Below, one piece after another: positions 11,677 through 22,004 of a stretch of 34,242 nt of DNA; position 1 is the stretch's first letter; the number at the start of each line of letters is the position of its first letter. Made by a program: the position numbers and the translations under genes. The stretch is from Peribolospora baueri (Eukaryota): assembly GCA_029717555.1 (NCBI GenBank), contig JAMDHS010000034.1:186001-220242 (forward strand), given 5' to 3'. Under the pieces are notes generated by a model that did not search any database, was not told where the DNA came from, and saw only the letters and a list, made by a program, of their open reading frames with translations.

Positions 11677-14600
11677 TCATATCCCCACTTTCGTCACCAC
11701 GCCAAGACCTTTCGTCTTTCCCTCGCGGAAAAGCAGCTTCTGGCCCTCTTTAATGAACTCCGCTCGAGATACGAACTTGTCGCGAGGGTATGACAGGAGA
11801 GGTTAGCTTTGCTACCGAAAGAGGGTATATCGCCATGGATACAGTGCGGACGCTCACCTCGAACTGTACTGTGGCTCGGTCCCCCGTACGTATGACGGAT
11901 TGGTTCGTGTTAGCCGTCGATATGGACAAGATCTTCACCGTCTGCAGAAGAAAGCATGGGAAGAGAGCCACCAGCAACATGTGAGCCGAAAAAACATTCG
12001 ATAACGACGCTGCGCCGTCTGCTACACTCACCTGTCGTATGGCGCCGGAGTGCAGCATACTCTGATACCCGCGTTGAATGGTGGTGTTGTGGTAAAGAAC
12101 AAGGACATGTCCCTCAAATCGCCTGTGAGCCTTAACTTGCGAGTCCTTGGACATGACGACCATGCCTACACAGAAAGGAAGCACAAAGCTGAGCCATGGG
12201 CAAACATGCACACCTCAACCTTCTCCACGGAAGCGTACCTTTCCTGACTCCGCTCCTCTTCACTCTTTTAAGAGCGAAGCTAACGCTCTGTCCGGCCTCA
12301 GCAAAATCTACAGCTGCCCGCTTCCGCTCTATGCTCTTAATCACGGTTGTCTGGAAATTGCCCAAACTGTCGGGACCGAGGAGGACAGCATCGCCAGTGC
12401 GAACTGTGCCGGAAAGGACCACTCCAGAAACGACCGTGCCTGCAGAAGAAGAAAAGAAACCTTCAGGTTCCGCTTCCTAGCGTAAGGCAAATAGTTCCTG
12501 GAGACGACCCAAACATTTACTCACCAACGAAAGGAACACTGAAGACGTCCGATATTGAAAACTAAAGCAGCAAAGCACCATGCTCACATGTTTCAGTAAT
12601 GACGGTCTATGACGCTGTCGAACTCTGTTTGACTCACCTCCAAAGGGCGGTCAACATCGTATTTCCCCTCGCCACCAATGGGGAGAACATTGTAGAACGT
12701 CTTGAGCTCCTGTAAGCCCTGTCCGGTGACGTTGCTGACGAGGAACACAGGGCAGAGCCTGTCCCTGACGAAGGTCCGGGCGATATTGACAGCTGTTTCC
12801 TTGCCCCAGCCCTGCATGCGCTTGTCGCTAGTCGGCACAAACACAGGCTGCTTTCTGCACCCGGGCGAGCGGAGGATCTTGGTGAGCTGCTTCAACGTGT
12901 CGGCGAGCACATGCGGAGGGGTCATGTCTATCTTGGTCACGACGACGATGATGGGCACGGCAAGTGCGATGGCGACCGACAGATGCTCTTTACACATGCC
13001 GACCAGCCCGGCATTGGCACCTATGCATTAAATGATGGTAGGACTGAGCGTCAGGCATTAAGGTGACCTCATCACCAGTCAAGCTTACTCACCGATCATA
13101 AGGGTGACGAAGTCGGCTACGAATAAAAGACAACATGTCCTGTTAAGTCTGACAAAGATGGACTCTTTCCATAGGGGAACCAAAAAGTGACTTACGGGCG
13201 CAGCCAGTTAGTCCGAACAGGGTCGTCTGAAGAGTGATGAGGGGCAAAAAAAAAAGGCGAAAGAGGTCAGAGCTCGGGTTCGGCTCGAAACGCTCCTCCG
13301 CATCGCCGTGCTAGCCCACCTTGAGGTACTTCTCGTGTCCGGCCAAGTCGATGAAGCTGACAACCTTGCTGCTTCCCTTAACCACCTCGTCCCAAGCCTG
13401 GGCCTGGGAGATGTGCCTCCTCTGCCCAGCGGCAGACGCTTCATCCTCTTTCTCTTCCTTCTTGGGATTCGCGCCAGCCTTGATCGCTCTTTCAGCCTTT
13501 TCTTTCTCTCTCTCCCTGTCTTTGACGCCAGGGACAACCTGCCGGCCCTTATCGTCCCAGCCCATGATCTCCATGCCCACAGAGCTGGTGCGTCCAGAAT
13601 CAATTTCGTGCTGGTGTCTGAAAAGGGCAACGCGCGCCGCTCCCCTGCCGTCGTCCAGTCCAGCCCGAGTGAGCACGCCGAGGAGGGTGGATTTGCCGGC
13701 GTCGACGTTGCCTACGACTGCCATGCGGAGCTCTGACAGCTCCGACGCAGATGCGGTGTGCAAACGAGCAAGTATATGCGCGTATGTGCACTGTATTGGT
13801 TGGCTGGCCTCCTGAGACACCGAGTCCTGCTCGACCGTGCGCTCAAGCAGGACGGACATGCCGGCGCCGATAGAGGAAACGACGCGCTCTAGGTTTGCGC
13901 AGGCTTTCTTGTATTCGTCGGGAGAGAGACAGTCAGACTCTGGTATTCGAATATCCTCCGCAGGGTTCTTGGTCTCAGCTGCTTGTACCTCCATGGCCTT
14001 CTTGGCTTCTTTGGCGGACAAAGAGATATGGCCCCGCGTGCCGGGCCCGCTCCCTGTGGGGGGAGCATTGCCACCCTCCGTCTTGACGATCTCGGCGGCC
14101 GGAGGGGGCATGCCCAAAATTCCCATGTCGAGGGCGGGGAAGGTCTCGAAAGGCTTGTGGGCGTCGTACGCAGAAAAAGCCGAGGGCGCAGGAGCGCCTA
14201 AGCGGAGAATGAGTTCGGAGGACGATAAGGAGAGGTGGGTCGATATCAGCGAGGCCAAGTGCCGAAGGCGCTCGGGTAATGGAACGGAGGTGTCTTCAGG
14301 CAAATCGCCAAGCAAGTCGACCTGTGCACGAGCAGGTGAGAACGGGACGACGGCGTCGTTTGAGCATATAATACTACGGGGAAGGCAATGGGACCAGCTC
14401 AAACACGCCGAATCAGCAGGCAGCACAAGTAACTGACCTTGTAATCGCTCAGGTCAATATCCTCGATGTCATCCTCCATGGCCATCTTCTCTACCTCCTC
14501 CGCGAGTGAATCTCCCACACTGTCCTCCTTCTGTGCGGCCGACGCCTCCTTTGACGCCTCCTTCTTCACCTTGGCGCCGCCCGTCCCGCCAACAGCAGGG

Positions 14601-14749
14601 CCTCGTCTCTTGACAGCGGGTGACGCGGAGGCATTGCCTTTGATAGAAGGGGCGTTCTCCTTTTCCTTCTCCACGCGAGCCTGTAATCGCTGGGTGGCCT
14701 CGCGCTCGGATATCTCGCTTTGGAACGCGCGCAACGAGGTGGCGGCCAT
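11677..14749 (-). CDS. GTPBP1/GTPBP2-family (eEF1A-like) translational GTPase
   Basis: [84 protein letters not shown], domain II VPFVGTVVSG, domain [46 protein letters not shown] (TGA at 11677-11679). Confidence 0.93.
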
Positions 14750-15086
14750 GATATGATGATCGGCGGAAGCTCAAAGGATCGTGCCGGGTGTTGGCCGGTT
14801 CTCCGGCAGATGAATGTGCAAAGTTGGACGACAAGGACGTGTGACTGGGTTCGGAAAAAGGATATACGGGGAAGATATATATATACGTCGTCGAGGTCAA
14901 GGTCAAGGTACCACGAGTCGAGTCGCTCGAGTCCGTCGCCGAGTCAGCCCCAGTCCGATCTGCGCACGTGCCCGTCTCGATCACGTGCCCGCACGGCAGC
15001 CGCGTGTAAATGGCCTCCTTCCTGCCGCTCGGGCCATCGTCCATCACATTTGCCCGCACCAACGACAGGGGACGGCGCTTTCCAAG

Positions 15087-16886
15087 ATGTCCAATCGCAC
15101 TATGCGCAGCTCTAAGGTCAAGCGTGCGGCTTCGGAAGACCCAGAGCCTGTCGCGCAGGCGGACGGCTATCACAGGCGGACCGGATCCGGTGTGGCGGCC
15201 AAAGCGCGGGGTGAGCCACTCAAGAAGGTCAAGCTCGATCCCGGCGCGGCCGACGTGGTTTCCGGCTCCTCTGCGCCGTACACGAGCACAGAGACCTTGC
15301 CGGTTCGGCACGAACCACCGTCAAGTGTACAGCAAGCCTGTGCTCCATTGGACGGGAGAGCTAAAGGGAAGGGTAGACATAGTTCCAATAGCAAGCGAAA
15401 GGAGAACCAGTTGGAGAAAAGAGCCGCTCGATGGAGAACGCATTGTCCGACGGCGCTGCAGGAACGGGTGCACAGGGTTCTTTCGCAAGTGAATTTTATC
15501 TTTTCATTCTCAGGAGGAACGATGGTCATTTTCAAACGCTGAGGTTACGTCTGAAACTTACTCTTGTTCACTACACTCCCCTTTGGTCTGCTCTCGTGCA
15601 CAGAGAATGTTTATGGTCGATAGGTTTCGCGGTGGTGACGAACTCAAGGAGACGTTTCGTGTACTGGGCTCGAGTGAGTACTCAGACAAGTTCAGAGACG
15701 CACTTTTTCACGGTCACGCGCAGCTCTACGTACCCTAATCATTTGTTTTTTTTTTTTTTTTTACACCGATCGCCTTTCCTCTGCAAACGTATTATCTTTT
15801 TTTCAGCCGGCAATATCTACGATGTGGAAATCTCTCACAGGCCCAACTGTACATGTCCGGATTTTTGTGAGTACGACAGCATGGACGTTCTTCGGGTTCT
15901 CTAACAACCTGCGTGTGTTGTCCCCGTTTCATATATTTTCCTGTGGCTTGGACGTTCGGCGGTGACGCTGTCAGTGCGACACGCCGATTCATGCAAGCAC
16001 ATTCTTTTCGTGTTCCTTAAGGTTCTTGGCCGCAATTCGGTTACGGACGACCTTTACTATCAAAAGGCATTTCTAACCCCCGAGCTGCAGCGCATCTTTG
16101 ATGAGGCCCGTGTGTCGCCACTCGTCGCCGCCTCTCCTGCTGTGAAAGCCGCTTGGGAAGCTATCAAGGAAGGCAAGTCATCGGAGGATGTGAATGTTGG
16201 AGGGAAGGTAGAAGGCAATAGGAGGATGCCGAATGAGGGAGATATGTGTCCAGTGTGCTACGAGGAGTTTGAAGCGGGCAAGACCGATGGCCTGGTGTAC
16301 TGTGAGAGCGCTTGTGGGTGAGCATATATCTTTCGTGTCTTTTTATTCCCTTCACCTTTATTTGTTTGAAACCTTGTTTCCTCGTTGACATTTTTTTTCA
16401 CACGTCTCTTGGGCGATACTGCCCAACCGACCCTTCAGCAACCCGCTGCACGCGCCTTGTTTTGACCAGTGGAAGGCCTCAAAAGGCATTAATGTCACTT
16501 GCGTCTACTGCCGAGCAGTTTGGCCACAGAAGACCAGCAGCCCGACGGAGGACGAAGGGTATCTTAACCTCGCCCAGGTTGCCGGCATGTCCGGCAGGAG
16601 GGATTCTAGCACGTATTACCGGTAAGTCTTGTTTCAACACAACGTATTGCCTCGGGTAGTATCGGTGATCTTGTCAGTTATCGATGATTTACCCACCTCT
16701 CCTGCTTGCCTGGCAATCTTTTGTGCCGACTTGATCCACTTTGCTAGGGGCCCTCGTGAGTCTTCGCTCCTCTTCAAGCATGGCTGAATTTCGAACGCTC
16801 TTCTCTTGACGACCCTTCTAATCTGACTTCTCTTTGATTTCACAGGCCGCGGCCAGCGATGGAACCGCACTTGGGATTGCTCCTGA
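15087..16886 (+). CDS. SWIM zinc finger + RING (C4HC3) protein, putative E3 ubiquitin ligase (ZSWIM2/MEKK1-like module)
   Basis: Spliced: RVLSQRMFMVDR..FRVLGS.GNIYDVEISHRPNCTCPDFLRHADSCKHILFVFLKVL (SWIM, CxC..CxH); CPVCYEEF..CESACGNPLHAPCFDQW..CVYCRAVW (RING). The 3' end uses a predicted microexon. The start may be 15087 or 15102. Confidence 0.85.
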
Positions 16887-17308
16887 GTGGGAAATGTAGA
16901 TTTCGAACGTGTCTCAAGGAGAGAGTCCAGGGCTTGGAGAGGCGAAGCGTCCATCTACTAGGTTCCTTCCGCACTCATAAGACGTGAGGGGATCCCCGTG
17001 GTGCCGATCTTCCCAGCTTCGTTATACCAGCTGGAAAAAAAGAGTAACTGAAACAGAGCGAGTGAGAGTCCCATACACAGTTGTAATCTAGCGGTTGAAC
17101 GAGCTCGCTCCAGAGACATGGGATAGTGAGGAAAAATGAGCGGATGGCCCTGACGAGGGACAGACTTGAACTGATCCGCGTCGTGGAGTCAGTCGCGCGT
17201 CGGCCGATCGATGACAACACCGACCGTTACGCGCCCCACTTGTGTTCCGCAGCCTGTGACGACGGTCGACCAGCCTAATATCTTTCGACTACCACCATCT
17301 CCCTCAGC

Positions 17309-20300
17309 ATGGCCGAGCCACGGCCCTCCACCGACGACGACTCCGCTCCTCTCCTCGAGCGTGGCGACGGCGACGGCGAGACCCAAGCTCCGTTGCTCTT
17401 GGATCGCATCAAGGCCCACGCCGCCTCTATATTCCAGCCTCTGGCCGAGCCTGACTCGCTCCGCCCGCTCGAGCGCTTCCTTGTCTTCGTTGCCCTTCTC
17501 TTTCTACTTCTCTTCGCCATCTTCGTCGGCCTTTTTGCCGGCGCTCAACACCGCGTCAACCATCTCCCATTTTGCGACCCCGGTGATGGAGGCATCACCA
17601 CATCCACCAACCCTCATCCTGGCCCCACCGTCACAGCTACTACAACCAAGATCCCCAGCGTCCCTGGGCCCACAGGCTCTCCTTCTCCTTCACCCGGCAA
17701 TGACGGCCGCCGCGACAACATATGTTTGACGAGAGAGTGTGTTCTTGCCGCGAGCACCATCATCACCTCGCTCGACGAGAGTGTGGACCCGTGCACCGAC
17801 TTTTACCAGTTCTCCGTGGGCGGATGGCTCAAGCAACATCCCATTCCCCCTGGTGAGTTCTTATTGTGGCATGGGCCGTAATATCTGCGCATTGCGGTCA
17901 GGCCGTTGACCGCAAGCTCTGCCCTTTCGCCTTGTACCCCTCCGCCCCCTGCCCCTGTTTCCAGGCAAGGGCGCCTTTGGGGCTTTCAATCTCCTCCAGC
18001 AGCAGAACCTGGACCTCATCAAGTCAATCATCGACGATGCGTCTCCCGCCAGGCTGGCTTCATCAGCTTCCGAGCATTTGTCGGACGCGGACGTCGGCAA
18101 CTTGGCGACTCTGCGCGAGTTCTACGACTCGTGCATGGACGAGAAAGCGCTCGATCAGATGGGCACCCAACCCCTTTTGGAGATTGTTCAGGAGATCAGG
18201 AAGCTCTACTCTTCCGGGCAGGAGGATGACTTCCGGTGGGACGAGTGGCAACGCAATTCCGCTGTCGGCGAGCAACCTGTTTTCGCGATCCAAGACGGTA
18301 ACCGTTCTCCCCAGCCTCCCCCGCCTGGTGCACCTCGCCCAGCTCCGACGGATGAGCGGCCGCCCAAGCCTAACCCACATCCTCATCCCCCTACCGAATT
18401 GCCCAAGCCAGGTCCCCTCCCGCCTCGTGGGAAAGGCTTGACGAACGCCCTCCTCTGGGCCCAATCCAGAGGTGAGTCGAACACTGGTCCTCGAACACTT
18501 GCCCTCGCGCCTGTGTGACTACTTACCTATCCCTACGAGTTGCTTCTAGGTATTGATGCCTTGTTTCGCTTCGAGATCTCGGGAGACTACAAGAACGACC
18601 CGACGCGCAACGTCATCTTCCTGACCCAGGGCGGTCTCGGTCTGCCTGACAGGGTTAGTGCTCACATGGCCGTGCTGAAATTGGCTGTACCAGTCGCTGT
18701 CACGAGAAGTTGACGCTGTGTACGTCTTCAAACCTTCAAGTCATACTACAAGGATGACGAGACCGTCAAATTCTACCGCACCATCGTCCATGGAGTCCTC
18801 AAGGAGCTGTATGAGGTGCAAGATGGGAATGGCGAACAGGCTGACGGCACGCTGGCGGACAAAGTGGTCGACTTTGAAATGGAGATCGCAAAATTCTCGC
18901 TCGACCCGTGAGTATCGGATGTCACTCTCCCTTCAAAGACACCCCCATGTCTAACAATCAGTCCCGACTGCCTTTTTACTGAATACCAGTGTCGACCTCG
19001 ACGATCCATATGCGACCTACAATCCGGTCTCCTCTTTCCGCCTTTCCATCCTCTTTCCGCACGTCATCTGGCCCGACTTCTTCGGCGGTTTGAACGTGCG
19101 CGGACCTGACTATCCTGCCTATCCATCGAGGATCATCCTGACGAGCCCGGACTATGTCAAGAAGCTCTCGCACCTCGTCTCACGCACGCCCTCTCCCGTA
19201 TTAGAGGCCTACCTCGTCTGGCATGCCGGTAACGCCCTCGGCCCAAATCTCGGCCCGAAGCAGCCCGTCCGCCAGGCTCTCGAAAATTTGAAGAGCAGGC
19301 TCAGAGGCTCCGAGGGAAAGCCTGAAAGAGAGACGACGTGCCTCGAAGAGGTTGAGGACAAATTCGGCTTCCTTGCCGGAAGATATTTTGTCGAAAGGGC
19401 CTTTACTGGCGATAGCAAGGACAAGGCCGAAGGGATCATCAGGGACGTCATCGCCGCATTCAAAAGACGACTGTCCGAGCTCGACTGGCTCGACGAGGAC
19501 ACACGGAGTGCGGCAGAAAAGAAGGTAAGCAACCGGTCAGGTGCGAAGGTAAGCCGTTTCCTCCGTCGATTTGTCTCATATCCCGCCTCCATCCTTTCAT
19601 CGGGGCAGGCCGACTTCATCCGCGTCAAGATCGGCTATCCTCTCTCTCCTAACACGGAAGACCCCAAATCGCTTGCGCGGTACTATGCCCTTTCCGAAGT
19701 GAAAGACGGTGACCACTTTGGCAATGTGCTGCGTAATCGAGTGGCTGATCAGGTTAGGCGGTGGGCCATGGCTGGCAGGCCCAAGGACGAAAAGGCTTGG
19801 GTGGACTTCGTGCCTAGTACGGTCAATGCCTATTACACTGCCGAGGACAACGAGATTGTGGGTCAAAACTGCATCGTAATGGGGGCTAGCAAAGTGATGG
19901 GGTGGGTTGAGGTGGAGAGTGCTGACATTCATGAACAAACCATCCACCGTATCTTGCACCCGCAGGTCTTTCCAGCTGGCATCCTCCAGCCAACCTGGTT
20001 CCACAAAGACTGGTGAGCACTCGTGACCTTTCAAATGACGAACCGTCATCCGCTGATTGACGAACTTGCCGCCGTTCAGGCCCGAGTATCTCTCCTTCGG
20101 TGCCTTCGGCAGCGTCGCTGGCCATGAGCTCACGCATGCTTTTGACAAGACGGGTGAGTGGCGCCCTGGTAACCCCCTTTCGAGGCCTTGCCTGATCGCC
20201 TTTGACCACTCTTTATCTGCACAGGTCGTCTCTTTGACGGCGAAGGATACCTCGCGAACTGGTGGACGAACAAAACGGATCGCGCCTTCACAAAGCGGCA

Positions 20301-20795
20301 GCGTTGCCTGGAAGAACAGTACGGTAACCTGACCTTGCCCGGCACAGATAAGCACTTGAACAGTCGCCTGACCATCGGCGAGGACCTTGCGGATCACGGC
20401 GGCCTCGCCCAGAGCCTGCGCGCCTGGAGGGATCGCTTCGCGGTCGAGGGCACGAATGGCGATGACCAGCATCACAATCTTCTCCTCCCGGGCCTCAACT
20501 ACACTCGAGAGCAGCTATTCTTCGTGTGAGTGGCTGGCGCAAGACGTCTCGTTGTTTTGAAACTCACACTTCGTCCTTCCTCATCGCCGGTACACTTTTC
20601 ACCAGAGCCTACGGGCTTGGCTGGGCTCGCAATGTCAGTCCGCAGGAGGCCCTCCTCCGGCTGCGAACCGACCCACACTCGCCAAACCGGTTCCGCACCA
20701 TCGGCACGTTGTCCAACAACCTTGACTTTGCCAAAGCCTTCAATTGTACCTTGGGCAGCCCGATGGCACCCAAGGATCGGTGTGCTATCTGGTGA
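17309..20795 (+). CDS. M13 family zinc metallopeptidase (neprilysin/endothelin-converting enzyme-like), type II membrane protein
   Basis: N-terminal TM (FLVFVALLFLLLFAIFVGLFAG), CLTRECVLAAS..SVDPCTDFYQF, FYDSCMD, VNAYY, VFPAGILQP, zinc motif GHELTHAFD, GEDLADHGG, DPHSPNRFR and C-terminal CAIW*. Confidence 0.95.
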
Positions 20796-20949
20796 AGCTG
20801 GCATGGAATCGCCGGACGGAAGTTTGGAAACTTCTGCTTTTTTTTTCTCGTACCGTTATCAGACCTTGTGGACGTTTAGGAAATATGATTCCTTCGAAAA
20901 CTACCATGAATGGCTCGGTGGGGTGGCGAGAAAGAGTGACTAGTGACTA

Positions 20950-21639
20950 TTAAACTGTCCGTTCTTCGCCAATGTCCGCTTCGTCCTCATCGTCGAGATC
21001 CACCTGATCGGGAACTGCGAGTCGAGGAGAAAAAGAGACAAGCGAAAAAGGCAAATTATGGTCAAGGCCGCATCCGTCTTACAGACTCAATCTTGAAGCG
21101 CACAACGAAAGCTCACACCAGCCGAATTGGGACAGCGAGACTCTCCATCCCATCGCCGTCTGCGTGACCTCGACCCCTTCCGCACGCAAAGCGAGCGCCT
21201 GCCTCATCGCGCCTTCCCCGCCGTCTCCCCGAGGTGAGATGGCGCCGGAAGAGCCCAAGACTCGCTGCCACGGTACGGAGGGGTCGCCAACAAACTTGAG
21301 CGCCTGTCCCACCATTCGCGAGTGCGAGGGATGACCGGTGAGTCGGGCGATATGGCCTGCGTGCAGGATGGATGACACACATGTAGGCGGAGTGATCGGG
21401 GTCAGACGAGACGGCCATCCTCGTGAGAGGAGAGCCAGATCTAGTGCTAGAGCGCACCATAAGTGGTCACCTATCCAACCCGACAGAAGTATATCCAAAA
21501 ATGGAAGACAAACAATGAGCGGGGCCGTCCGAGGACCAGCACAGGAGTCGAAAATTATCAGACTGACCTTTCCAGGAGGGATCAGTCGACAGATGTCGTA
21601 TACCGTCGCGTGGAACTCTGCAGCGTCGACCACTGGCAT
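20950..21639 (-). CDS. ATL1: Alkyltransferase-like protein (ATL; MGMT DNA-binding family)
   Basis: EFHATVYDICRLIPPGK|VTTYG|HIARLTGHPSHSRMVGQAL..VPWQRVLGSSGAIS..QALALRAEGV..FGWFPDQ..V*. Trp replaces the catalytic Cys of PCHRV, which is the ATL hallmark. Confidence 0.9.
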
Positions 21640-22004
21640 CGCTCCCTTTCGGCCCCTTCGGCTGAGTGACGTCCTCTACAGCGACAGAGCGGCTCCCAGC
21701 GGCAGCGCGTTGGTCCAGAAGGGAAGTTGGGTCGAAGAGGAGAACGGAGCGGGACAGATCACACCACCATGCCTCGGCGCACGATACGAACGCGATCGGC
21801 AGCGGCGACAGCCAATTTACGCGCAAGCAATTTAGGTACGCGACACCCTCGTCGGATGTTTCCTTTTCACCAGCATCGCTTCTTTATACATGGTATAGGA
21901 AGAAAGGATCGACATAGAATGAGAGCGAGAGAGAGTATCGACTTTAGGATGTACATAGCGCATTACGCGGTCACGCCAGCACACACAGCGGATGCCCAGT
22001 TCAA

